NCBI GenBank assembly: GCA_035378685.1
Contig: DAOSUL010000004.1
Location: 3,562-67,561 of the forward strand
Origin: Clostridiales bacterium
GTDB taxonomy: Bacteria > Bacillota > Clostridia > Acetivibrionales > DTU013
Length of the DNA: 64,000 nt
Direction: 5' to 3'
The position numbers were made by a program, and so were the translations under genes. Below the pieces are notes generated by a model. That model searched no databases. It was not told the origin of the DNA and saw nothing but the letters and a program-made list of their open reading frames with translations. Positions 8,477 to 17,408 of the stretch are shown here, piece after piece. How positions within the stretch are numbered: position 1 is the stretch's first letter; each line of letters starts with the position of its first letter.

Positions 8477-8861
8477 GTCAAAACCTCCGTATGAACGGAA
8501 TAGTTGCGCACACATGATTATACTACAAAGATGAGAAACAATCAATTGTCTTTATATTACATTATCCGGAAGACGTGCAGCATTACATTACCTGGAAGAT
8601 GCCGATCTGCCGCTCAGGCTGTATATTATCCGGAACGGCAGGAAAATAAGATATAGTATGCCTATGATCAGGAGCTCCATTACAGTGTCTATAAATCTGT
8701 TGAACCTTTCCATGATATCACCGATATTATTATTGGCTTATTTGTCAGGTTTTATGTAATTGCCCTGAACGCGGGCGAAAAAGCTGATTATTGCCCGAAT
8801 CCTGCGATACAGGGACAAGGCGGGAGGTAAACGGCGTTCCGGTGTCGTATAATTTAGCGGG

Positions 8862-9794
8862 GTGATATCCTTGGACGGACTCATTTTTATTGTGTTATTC
8901 TTCATCGTATTCGTAAAAGTAATTAAAAAAGCATGTGAAAGCGATCACAGGAGCGGCGGCACGTACAAAAGCTATGAACGATATATCGAAGACGACAGAG
9001 AGAACTATAGGAATGCAAAAAGCCTGCCGCAGAATGAACGCACAAGGTGGTACGGAAGCAGCTATAACACGGGTTCCGGCACGGATAACGCGGCAGGCAG
9101 CGTAAGAAGGCCGGGCGCTTCGGGCAGTCCGGGAAGAGCTGCTATAAAGGATCCATCTGCCAGACCGGCAACGGCAGGCACTCAGAACAGAGCCGCCGGA
9201 CCGGGCGCTGCTGGTCCGCAGGATGCAGCAGCCAGACCGGACACAGCCGGAATACAGAATACGGCCGGCAAGCAGCATGCGCCCGATGTATCGGACACAG
9301 CCGGTGTCCGGAACGTACCCCTAAGGCCGGAAGCAGATGATATGGCAAATGCGGTCGGCATACCGCATATCGTGAGCGATTTCGCACAAGACGGCGACTT
9401 AATGGACGTTTACGGCGGACCCGGTGCAGTTATGCAGTCCCTGCCGGATCAGAGCGATGGCAGTGCCGGGCTGCAAAACGGGACAGACACGCAGTATGGA
9501 TTTGAAATGTACGGCAGCGCACCGACAGATTATTTTGGCGATTTTTCCACTGCAGCAGGCTTGGACTACGGGGAAAATAAGGGCAATGAAAGCATGGCCG
9601 GGATCGATACACAGGCATTGATGCCGGATCGGCTGTCAGGCAATGCAAAATTGGAAGAAAGCGCAAAAGGATATTTCACAACAGATCTGAAAGCTTTTGA
9701 ATACACGGATGTTGCAATAGATTCCCGGATAGACCTGGATGCAGTGATGCCGCAGTTCGAGAAAACTGTTGAAACAGATGGACCGGCTGATTGA
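8862..9794 (+). CDS. hypothetical membrane-anchored low-complexity protein
   Basis: N-terminal TM helix LIFIVLFFIVFVKVI, then a long Ala/Gly/Pro/Thr-rich repetitive region. GTG start; a TATAAT lies at 8848-8853. Confidence 0.5.
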   Translation: MISLDGLIFIVLFFIVFVKVIKKACESDHRSGGTYKSYERYIEDDRENYRNAKSLPQNERTRWYGSSYNTGSGTDNAAGSVRRPGASGSPGRAAIKDPSARPATAGTQNRAAGPGAAGPQDAAARPDTAGIQNTAGKQHAPDVSDTAGVRNVPLRPEADDMANAVGIPHIVSDFAQDGDLMDVYGGPGAVMQSLPDQSDGSAGLQNGTDTQYGFEMYGSAPTDYFGDFSTAAGLDYGENKGNESMAGIDTQALMPDRLSGNAKLEESAKGYFTTDLKAFEYTDVAIDSRIDLDAVMPQFEKTVETDGPAD

Positions 9795-10126
9795 GAGATC
9801 ACCGGTTCTGCAGGCGAAACCCGCATACCGGAGATGCCGGAAATAATTAAGGAGCCTGTTCTTTCTGAACCGTACAGGCTCCTTCTATATGAAACCCCGC
9901 GGGATAAGCGGCAGAATCGATCCTGCAATCTGTGAAAATACCTGTGGATTATTCCGGCACTGCGCGGGATTATTCCGGCGATGTTCCTGGCATTTCACAC
10001 AACATGCCGGCCTGCCGGACAATCCCGCCTATCGTGATTTCCCGCCCGTCGTGGTTTCCCGTATAAGCTCATCCGCAACGGCTTTCGGACCCGTTTACTG
10101 TCCCGGGGCGAATGATCATCACCCGG

Positions 10127-11689
10127 TCATCCCAGGATGGCCTTCAGATCCTCTTCGGGAGTAGATATCGGCTTGATACCGAACTTATCGACCAGCACAT
10201 TCAGCACGTTGGATGAGAAAAATGCCGGGAGTGACGGGCCGATATAGATATTTTTGAGACCGAGCGCCAGCAGTGTCAGCAGTATGCAGACGGCCTTCTG
10301 CTCATACCATGACAGCACAAGCGTCAGCGGGAGTTCGTTCACGGTGCAGCTGAACGCCTCTGCAAGAGCTGTCGCTACCTGTATTGCGGAGTAGGCATCA
10401 TTGCACTGGCCCATATCCATGATCCTCGGCAGGCCGCCGATCTCGCCAAGGTCAAGGTCGTTGAAGCGGTACTTTCCGCATGCGAGCGTCAGGATCACCG
10501 TATCCTTCGGCGTATTCTTCACAAACTCCGTGTAATAGTTCCTGCCCGGCTTTGCCCCGTCGCAGCCGCCTACAAGGAAGAAGTGCCGGATTGCTCCGCT
10601 CTTCACGGCATTTATAACAGATTCGGCAGCACCAAGGACAGTGTTGCGTGCGAAGCCTGTCATAACCCATGAACCGCCGTTTATGCCTGTGAAATGCCTG
10701 TCTTCCGGCCATCCGCCCAGTTCAAGCGCCTTGTTTATTACAGGCGTGAAATCCTTTTTGCCGTCTGCTTCAGGTATGTGGACAAGTCCCGGATATGCGA
10801 CCACTGCGGTGGTAAATACCCTGTCGGCATAGGAAGGCTTCGGAGGCATGAGGCAGTTGGTGGTGAACAGGAATGCCCCCGGTACGTCGGCGAATTCCTT
10901 CTGCTGGTTCTGCCATGCCGTGCCGAAGTTGCCCTTCAGGTGGGGGTATTTCTTAAGTTCCGGATACCCGTGGGCAGGCAGCATTTCACCGTGGGTGTAG
11001 ATGTTAATGCCTTTGCCTTCGGTCTGCTCGAGCAACTGCCTGAGATCATGCAGATCGTGACCGCTGACCACGATAAACGGTCCCTTCTCAACTGCCAGCG
11101 GGACTCTTGTCGGTACGGGATGGCCGAATTCACCGGTGTTTGCACCGTCCAGCAGTGCCATGCACCTGAGGTTGACATGTCCGAATTCCATAAGCAGATC
11201 CAGCCATTCCTCCACTGAATGCTCCCCGCCGACAGCTCTCATTCCCTTGTAGAACCAGGCCATGACTTCCCTGTCTTCCCTGCCGAGTGCTAAAGCATGG
11301 TATGCGTATGCGGCCATTCCCCTGATACCCAGCAGAAGTGTGGAACGCAGCGATACGATATCCTCATCGCCGGTCCAGAGCCTGTCCGCAGGGAAATCCT
11401 CCGCGCCGCCGAGCCTTGCCTTTTCTTCTCTGACCCGCCTGGTCACATCATCGACGCGCTCCTTGTCAAAGTTAACATTTGTGATAGTGGTGAACAGCCC
11501 TTCCAGCATAAGCTCATCCGTATAACTGGCAGGAGCGGTTTTCTCTGCAGCTCGTGCGAGGCCGATCAATGCGCCGGTCAGCTCATCCTGGCCGTTGGCC
11601 ACTTCCGCAGTTTTGCCGCAGACGCCTGCTCTTGTGCATCCCTTTCCTCCTGCGGTCTGTTCGCACTGAAAACAAAACATACTGCTCAT
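10127..11689 (-). CDS. hcp: hybrid-cluster protein / hydroxylamine reductase
   Basis: N-terminal MFCFQCEQTAGGKGC...GVCGK cysteine motif and full-length similarity to the Hcp architecture. ATG at 11689 is preceded by AAAGGGGA. Confidence 0.95.
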   Translation of the reverse strand: MSSMFCFQCEQTAGGKGCTRAGVCGKTAEVANGQDELTGALIGLARAAEKTAPASYTDELMLEGLFTTITNVNFDKERVDDVTRRVREEKARLGGAEDFPADRLWTGDEDIVSLRSTLLLGIRGMAAYAYHALALGREDREVMAWFYKGMRAVGGEHSVEEWLDLLMEFGHVNLRCMALLDGANTGEFGHPVPTRVPLAVEKGPFIVVSGHDLHDLRQLLEQTEGKGINIYTHGEMLPAHGYPELKKYPHLKGNFGTAWQNQQKEFADVPGAFLFTTNCLMPPKPSYADRVFTTAVVAYPGLVHIPEADGKKDFTPVINKALELGGWPEDRHFTGINGGSWVMTGFARNTVLGAAESVINAVKSGAIRHFFLVGGCDGAKPGRNYYTEFVKNTPKDTVILTLACGKYRFNDLDLGEIGGLPRIMDMGQCNDAYSAIQVATALAEAFSCTVNELPLTLVLSWYEQKAVCILLTLLALGLKNIYIGPSLPAFFSSNVLNVLVDKFGIKPISTPEEDLKAILG

Positions 11690-12028
11690 TCGATATTCCC
11701 CTTTCGTTGAGTTACCTGTTTTTTCTGTCCGGCGGCCAAAACACTGGGCCGCCGCATATATCAACTTACCCTGCTCCGGGTGCGCTGCAGGCCGGAACCG
11801 GTTATTTGGCTGCAGCCACGATGCTTTTATGTCCCCGGATGTTCATAACTTCCCGGGATAGTCATAATGTCAGGGGATGTTTTTGCGTCCCTGGACTTCC
11901 GGAGGTTGCGGACCTGTCGGCCGTACATTTCCCTGCGGACTGTCCGGTCACGGCCGCTGCGCCGGTAAGCCTGCGTTCCCGGCCGGACCGTGCCATCGTA
12001 TGTATATGCATGATGACCGCCGGCCAGT

Positions 12029-12057
12029 TTGCCTTGACGCGTTCATTGTAGTATAAT
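12029..12057 (+). promoter_or_regulatory. sigma-A-type promoter for the Crp/Fnr regulator gene
   Basis: TTGCCT (12029-12034), 17-nt spacer, TATAAT (12052-12057). Confidence 0.55.
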
Positions 12058-12086
12058 CCGTGTATCAAATCCGTAACTATAGTTAC
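12045..12086 (-). promoter_or_regulatory. predicted Crp/Fnr (HcpR-like) dependent promoter for hcp
   Basis: Perfect palindrome GTAAC-TATA-GTTAC (12073-12086). On the minus strand it is followed by exactly 22 nt and then TACAAT (12050-12045), which centres the site at about -41.5. Confidence 0.5.
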
Positions 12087-12111
12087 AAAAAGCAAATAAC
12101 AGGTGGGGAAT

Positions 12112-12825
12112 ATGGAGCCAAAGCATATAGAAATGATACAGAGCACAGCAAAGGACTGCATGCTCTTCAGGGACATGAGCGTCGAGGAACTGTCGGCACT
12201 TCTGACATGCCTTGATTTCAGGGTCCGCAGTTTCGGCAGGAATGATATCATCAACATGGCGGGCGATCCTTTCGAAGGCATAGGTGTAGTGGTCGACGGA
12301 CAGGTGGCTGTGGTCAAGGAGAATGTAGCCGGAGAGAGATTGGTTTTCGACATTCTCGGCAGGGGAGAATTGTTTGGCGAAATGGCCGCGTTCACCGGGG
12401 TGCGCAAATGGCCGGCGACTATCATAGCAAACTCGGACTGCACTGTGATGTATGTGCCGGCCGATAAGCTGGTGGGGCAATGCTCGAATTCCTGCATCGC
12501 CCATACGAGGCTGATCATGAACATGCTCGGGATACTGTCCCGAAAAGCGCTGACGCTCAACCGCCAGCTGGAATACCTGTCGATAAAGAGCATCAGGGGC
12601 AGAATAGCAAGCTTTCTGCTGGAGCAATATAAGAAACACGGGAAAACGACTTTCATGCTGACGATGAACAGGAATGAACTGGCGGATTTCCTCAATGTGG
12701 CAAGGCCGTCCCTGTCGCGTGAGATGTGCAGGATGCGGGATGAGGGGATGATCGATTTCCACAGGTCGTCAGTCCGGATCAGGGACGTGGAAGCGCTGAG
12801 GGCAGCCGCACAGGGGCTGAACTGA
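12112..12825 (+). CDS. Crp/Fnr-family transcriptional regulator, divergent from hcp (HcpR-like)
   Basis: cNMP-binding fold (RGELFGEMA) and C-terminal HTH (NRNELADFLNVARPSLSREMCRMRDEGMI). ATG at 12112 follows AGGTGG. Confidence 0.88.
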   Translation: MEPKHIEMIQSTAKDCMLFRDMSVEELSALLTCLDFRVRSFGRNDIINMAGDPFEGIGVVVDGQVAVVKENVAGERLVFDILGRGELFGEMAAFTGVRKWPATIIANSDCTVMYVPADKLVGQCSNSCIAHTRLIMNMLGILSRKALTLNRQLEYLSIKSIRGRIASFLLEQYKKHGKTTFMLTMNRNELADFLNVARPSLSREMCRMRDEGMIDFHRSSVRIRDVEALRAAAQGLN

Positions 12826-12963
12826 TCCGGCAGTAGACTGTCCGGCAGATTGGAGTATACCAAAATGAGTTTAAAACCCTGAAATATTGGTATTTATAAA
12901 AAACAGAATGTAATCCTGAAAACATGCTGTATGGCCAGCAAGGAAAGGGCTAGGAGAGTGGAT

Positions 12964-13467
12964 ATGAGAGCAAAAACACCGCGTGAATCCATGGTGGAAA
13001 TGACTGAACTGGTGCTGCCCAACGATACCAACCTGCTCGGCAACCTGCTGGGCGGAAGGCTGATGCACCTTATTGACATAGCAGGCGCAATGGCTGCCCA
13101 GAGACACTGCAACCGCGCTGTTGTGACGGCCTGCATAGACAGTGTCGATTTCAGGCATCCCGTGAAGCAGGGCAGGGCCGTGATCCTCAGGGCAAAAGTG
13201 ACCTGGGTGGGACGAACTTCTATGGAAGTACGCGTAGATGTATTTTCCGAGGATTTCCTGACGGGAAACCGGGAATTCAACAGCAATGCATACCTGACAT
13301 TCGTTGCAGTCGATTCCGAAGGCAAACCCGTGGAAGTGTGCGGCCTGTGCCCCGAAACAGAAGATGAAAAGAAGGAATACGAAGCTGCCATTAAGAGACG
13401 TGAAGAAAGACTCAGGAGGCGGAATGCGATGCAGAGCGTTATGATGCGATGCGACGCAGAGCAATAG
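12964..13467 (+). CDS. acyl-CoA thioesterase (hotdog fold, YciA/BFIT-like)
   Basis: SMVEMTELVLPNDTNLLGNLLGGRLMHLIDIAGAMAA and VTACIDSVDFRHPVKQG. ATG at 12964 follows GGAGAG by 6 nt; an alternative ATG is at 12931. Confidence 0.85.
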   Translation: MRAKTPRESMVEMTELVLPNDTNLLGNLLGGRLMHLIDIAGAMAAQRHCNRAVVTACIDSVDFRHPVKQGRAVILRAKVTWVGRTSMEVRVDVFSEDFLTGNREFNSNAYLTFVAVDSEGKPVEVCGLCPETEDEKKEYEAAIKRREERLRRRNAMQSVMMRCDAEQ

Positions 13468-13524
13468 AATGCATTGCATCACACTGCGGTGCAACGAGCC
13501 TGGCGGCCGTTCTTGTGACGGCCG

Positions 13525-13731
13525 CTACAGATCATTCTCCTCATCGTCATAGAAAGAGAGTTCCATCAGTTCGTTATACAGTCTTTCGATTTCGTCATAT
13601 TCCTCGTACTGCTGGTTCTCGACGTCATCGAGGAATTCCTCGACCTGCTCGATATCGGCAAACTCAAAGTCCTCATCGATGTTCTGCGCCAGTTCGTTGA
13701 TCCTTTCGAAAATCTCGTGCCTTTCTGTCAT
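13525..13731 (-). CDS. small highly acidic hypothetical protein (68 aa)
   Basis: Strong RBS (GGAGGT, then 5 nt, then ATG). Very high Asp/Glu content. Confidence 0.6.
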   Translation of the reverse strand: MTERHEIFERINELAQNIDEDFEFADIEQVEEFLDDVENQQYEEYDEIERLYNELMELSFYDDEENDL

Positions 13732-13814
13732 ATGTGACCTCCGTTCCCAAATGATTTCTTAGTAATTTCGGTTAAATATTATGAGTAATGATGCGTTATT
13801 TATTCGCACTCGTT

Positions 13815-13853
13815 GCAGCAGCACTTATGCATTTTTCAGAGGCCCTGCATCCA
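13815..13853 (+). repeat. dispersed 39-nt repeat, copy 1
   Basis: GCAGCAGCACTTATGCATTTTTCAGAGGCCCTGCATCCA; 30/39 identical to copy 2 at 15551-15589. Confidence 0.7.
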
Positions 13854-13963
13854 GGAAACAGGCATTCCTCCGTCAAATGCAGGCGACAAAACCGTGTTTC
13901 TGTGGTAAAATATAAATGGAACCAGATCTCCACAATTAGAAAATAAAGGCTTAAACTTTACTA

Positions 13964-13993
13964 TTGACTTTATGTTGCTTTATCTGCTACAAT
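13964..13993 (+). promoter_or_regulatory. sigma-A-type promoter of the tRNA-Met/tRNA-Glu unit
   Basis: TTGACT (13964-13969), 18-nt spacer, TACAAT (13988-13993). Confidence 0.65.
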
Positions 13994-14107
13994 AGTAAAG
14001 CGCGGCCGGGCAATACGGGTCCGCTGAAGCCAAAAGCAAGGCGGATCAGCGGTTGCAGATCGCAGATGAGTCGCAGGTCTGCATACGCGGCAGGCCGGCA
14101 GAGACAT

Positions 14108-14184
14108 GGCGGCGTAGCTCAGTTGGCTAGAGCATGCGGTTCATACCCGCAGTGTCGTTGGTTCAATTCCGACCGCCGCTACCA
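14108..14184 (+). tRNA. tRNA-Met (CAT), elongator type, CCA encoded
   Basis: GGCGGCGTAGCTCAGTTGGCTAGAGCATGCGGTTCATACCCGCAGTGTCGTTGGTTCAATTCCGACCGCCGCTACCA. Close to the B. subtilis elongator tRNA-Met as I recall it. It lacks the three G-C pairs in the anticodon stem that mark initiator tRNA. Confidence 0.9.
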
Positions 14185-14222
14185 GAGATCATGTACGTGC
14201 TGTGACATGTGCATGACCAGCG

Positions 14223-14297
14223 CGGCCCATTGGTCAAGCGGTTAAGACACCGCCCTTTCACGGCGGTAACAGGGGTTCGAGTCCCCTATGGGTCACC
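14223..14297 (+). tRNA. tRNA-Glu (TTC), CCA encoded
   Basis: GGCCCATTGGTCAAGCGGTTAAGACACCGCCCTTTCACGGCGGTAACAGGGGTTCGAGTCCCCTATGGGTCACCA. Confidence 0.93.
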
Positions 14298-14373
14298 ACT
14301 GAAGCAGGAGGACGTAAGATTATTCTTCGGCCTCCTGCTTCAACATAATTTCAACATCACCGGAAAGCGAAAC

Positions 14374-14397
14374 GAGCCTCACAAAGTGAGGCTTTTT
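14374..14397 (+). terminator. intrinsic terminator after the tRNA pair
   Basis: AGCCTCAC-AAA-GTGAGGCT followed by TTTTTT. It is preceded by an 11-bp perfect hairpin (14300-14340) that has no U-tract. Confidence 0.8.
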
Positions 14398-14535
14398 TAG
14401 TTCTGGTGCCCGGCGTGTAAGTAAGTCAGCCATTATGGATCCAGGCACATTGTGCAATATCTTGCTGACTTACGTGCCAGGCACCTTTATTTTTGATATA
14501 CTAAATATGGTAATTCGCTGAAAGGTGGTAGTTCT

Positions 14536-15414
14536 GTGAAAAAGCGGTTTGAACCCGGCAAAACTGCGCTGCTGCTGATAGTGATCAACTTTGTACAGGC
14601 TGCGCTGATCGGTGCGGTTTTGCTGTACATCATAGAAACGAACAAAGGCACAGAACTGATTACAGACCCATGGAGCATGATCCTTCTTTCTATTATTGCC
14701 GCTTCAGTGGCAATTGACAGCATAATCGTTTTCAAGGGCCGGTCCGGCCTGGTCCGAACCGGGATCGAGTTCAGACTGCTGGAAGATACGCTGGCGAAAG
14801 TGGAGAAACTGAATACCACACTTCGTGCCCAGAGGCATGATTTCATGAACCACCTCCAGGTGGTCCACTCGCTGATAGAGATGGACGAATACAAGGCTGC
14901 GGCTGAATATATTGAGAAGGTATATGACGACATCCAGCGCGTAAGCAGGGTGATGAAAACTTCCGTCGCCGCTGTCAATGCGCTTCTCCAGGCAAAGCTG
15001 ATGGCGTGTGAAAAGCAGGACATCTCCATGGAACTCGATGTCAGGACCCAGCTGAAGGACCTGGCGCTCCCGTCATGGGAGTTCTGCAGGGTCCTTGGGA
15101 ACCTCATCGACAATGCCATATATGCGGTCCTTGAATCAGACGATGAAAAATATATCAGGATCGAACTGTATGAGGATCTGAGATACCACTATTTCAGGGT
15201 ACTGAACAGCGGGAAGCCCATACCGGCCGAGCTGGCCGGCAGGATATTCGAAGCCGGTTTCACGACGAAAGGGGACAAAGGAGAAGGGATGGGACTTGCC
15301 ATAGCCAAAAGGATCGTCGGAGAATACGGAGGCAGTATCGGGGTTTCAATGGAAGGAGACCTGACCGTTTTTGCCGGGCAGATCCCCAGGCAGCATGCCG
15401 GTATCGAACATTGA
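14536..15414 (+). CDS. membrane sensor histidine kinase (two TM helices, SpoOB/DcuS-type dimerization helix, HATPase)
   Basis: H-box RAQRHDFMNHLQVV, N-box GNLIDNAIYA, G-box GEGMGLAIAK. GTG start 7 nt after AAAGGTGG. Confidence 0.88.
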   Translation: MKKRFEPGKTALLLIVINFVQAALIGAVLLYIIETNKGTELITDPWSMILLSIIAASVAIDSIIVFKGRSGLVRTGIEFRLLEDTLAKVEKLNTTLRAQRHDFMNHLQVVHSLIEMDEYKAAAEYIEKVYDDIQRVSRVMKTSVAAVNALLQAKLMACEKQDISMELDVRTQLKDLALPSWEFCRVLGNLIDNAIYAVLESDDEKYIRIELYEDLRYHYFRVLNSGKPIPAELAGRIFEAGFTTKGDKGEGMGLAIAKRIVGEYGGSIGVSMEGDLTVFAGQIPRQHAGIEH

Positions 15415-15550
15415 CCCGATCCTGTGATGATTCCGGACCGGACATGCAGGCATGCCCCGTTTGCCTGAGAGAATCTCCGCGGCCATCCTGGTGCCGGTCC
15501 CATCCTGTACCGGCGGGTGCAGGGTGGCATTGATCCGCGCATGTGACATT

Positions 15551-15589
15551 TCAGCAGTCCTTATGTATTTTTCAGAGGTTTCGTATCCA
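15551..15589 (+). repeat. dispersed 39-nt repeat, copy 2
   Basis: TCAGCAGTCCTTATGTATTTTTCAGAGGTTTCGTATCCA; see copy 1. Confidence 0.7.
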
Positions 15590-15657
15590 ATCCACGACAA
15601 ATATGCAGTAGAGTATTATTGCGAATCAGAAAATCAGAAAGGACAGGAGGTGCCGAT

Positions 15658-16179
15658 ATGGATTTTGCCGCAATTCTCGCCGACTACAGCTGGATACCGC
15701 TGTTATGTATTGCTGCCGGGTTGATCCTTATCATAATTGAGATGTTCCATCCAGGCTTTGGCGTGCCGGGTGTCATGGGGATAGTCCTTCTTACGGCCGG
15801 AATCATACTGTATGCAAAAACTGTACTCCAGGCTCTCATTTTGATAGCCGTCGTACTGGCGGTGCTGGGAGCCGCTCTTGCGCTGGTGCTCCAGTCGGCG
15901 TCGAAAGGCCGCCTGGCAAAGCATATCGTGCTGGACAGCACAGTCGATGATGACGATAGGTTCTCCGCAACCGATGACCTCAGTTACCTGGTGGGAAGCG
16001 AAGGAAGGACGCTGTCGGTGCTGAGGCCGTCAGGGATAGCAGATTTCAACGGCGTCAGGCTGGATGTGGTATCAGAAGGAGAATACATCCCGAAGGGTAC
16101 TCTTGTGTTCATCGATAAGATCGAAGGTAACAGGATAGTCGTAAAGCGTAAACAGGTACCTGACAGACATGAAGCATGA
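15658..16179 (+). CDS. NfeD-family membrane protein
   Basis: Multi-TM N-terminus and a C-terminal OB-like segment (GRTLSVLRPSGIADFNGVRLDVVSEGEYIPKGTLVFIDKIEGNRIVV). ATG at 15658 follows GGAGGTG. Confidence 0.85.
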   Translation: MDFAAILADYSWIPLLCIAAGLILIIIEMFHPGFGVPGVMGIVLLTAGIILYAKTVLQALILIAVVLAVLGAALALVLQSASKGRLAKHIVLDSTVDDDDRFSATDDLSYLVGSEGRTLSVLRPSGIADFNGVRLDVVSEGEYIPKGTLVFIDKIEGNRIVVKRKQVPDRHEA

Positions 16180-16383
16180 TCCGGCGTAATGACGGAAAAG
16201 CCCTGCAGATGCGACGGAAGCAAAATACCGGTGCAGCGGCTGCAAAGCGGATCGCGGTGTTGTGCTTTTGACCGGAATACGGTATTGTGGACAGCGGTAT
16301 TGCCAATACTTTAGACAAATCCCGGATTGGCTGCGTATAAAGGGTGAGATGCCTGCAAATTTATACTGAAAGGAGAGGTCGTT

Positions 16384-17373
16384 ATGGAACTCTTGTTACC
16401 AATCGCAATCGTGTTTATAGTCGTCATTTTCCTGGTCCTCTTTTTCAACTTTATCCCGATAGGGCTCTGGATATCTGCGTTTGCAGCAGGTGTGCGCGTC
16501 GGCATATTCACGCTTGTCGGAATGAGGCTCAGGAGAGTAACCCCCAACAAGATCATCCTGCCGTTGATAAAAGCGAGAAAAGCCGGGCTTGATGTCAGTG
16601 TCAACCAGCTGGAAGCACACTACCTGGCAGGCGGGAACGTGGATAAGGTCGTAAATGCGCTGATTGCTGCCAACAGGGCGAATATGGATCTTCCGTTTGC
16701 CAGGGCCGCCGCTATCGATCTTGCAGGCAGGGATGTGCTGGAAGCCGTGAAAATGAGCGTCAATCCCAAGGTTATCGAAACGCCCAACATATCGGCAATG
16801 GCCAAGGACGGTATAGAACTGCTCGTCAAGGCGCGCGTCACGGTCAGGGCGAACCTCGAAAGGCTTATAGGAGGAGCAGGCGAGGCAACTATCATAGCCA
16901 GGGTAGGCGAGGGTATCGTAACCACTGTCGGCAGTTCCGAATCGCACAAAGACGTGCTCGAAAATCCTGACCTGATATCCCGTACAGTACTCGAAAAAGG
17001 TCTTGATTCCGGCACGGCATTCGAAATACTGTCCATCGATATAGCCGATGTTGATGTTGGCAGGAATATTGGCGCCCAGCTGCAGATGTCCCAGGCAGAA
17101 GCCGACAGGAATATCGCCCAGGCCAAGGCGGAGGAAAGGCGCGCGATGGCTGTTGCAAGGGAGCAGGAAATGAAGGCGCTGGTGCAGGAAATGAGGGCAA
17201 GGGTCGTGGAAGCCGAGGCAGAAGTGCCCAAAGCCATGGCCAATGCGCTCAACAGCGGGAAACTTGGCGTTATGGATTATTACAACCTGCAGAACCTTAT
17301 ATCTGACACACGTATGAGGGAATCGATCTCGAAGATCAACAAAAATGATGCGGACAATAAAGAAGGGAATTAA
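16384..17373 (+). CDS. floA: flotillin-like protein FloA (SPFH, UPF0365/YqfA family)
   Basis: N-terminal hairpin helix, [37 protein letters not shown], and a coiled Ala/Glu-rich C-terminal part. RBS is GGAGAGG. Confidence 0.93.
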   Translation: MELLLPIAIVFIVVIFLVLFFNFIPIGLWISAFAAGVRVGIFTLVGMRLRRVTPNKIILPLIKARKAGLDVSVNQLEAHYLAGGNVDKVVNALIAANRANMDLPFARAAAIDLAGRDVLEAVKMSVNPKVIETPNISAMAKDGIELLVKARVTVRANLERLIGGAGEATIIARVGEGIVTTVGSSESHKDVLENPDLISRTVLEKGLDSGTAFEILSIDIADVDVGRNIGAQLQMSQAEADRNIAQAKAEERRAMAVAREQEMKALVQEMRARVVEAEAEVPKAMANALNSGKLGVMDYYNLQNLISDTRMRESISKINKNDADNKEGN

Positions 17374-17408
17374 GCCGGACGAAAGGCATCTACAGGAAGG
17401 GTATCGCT

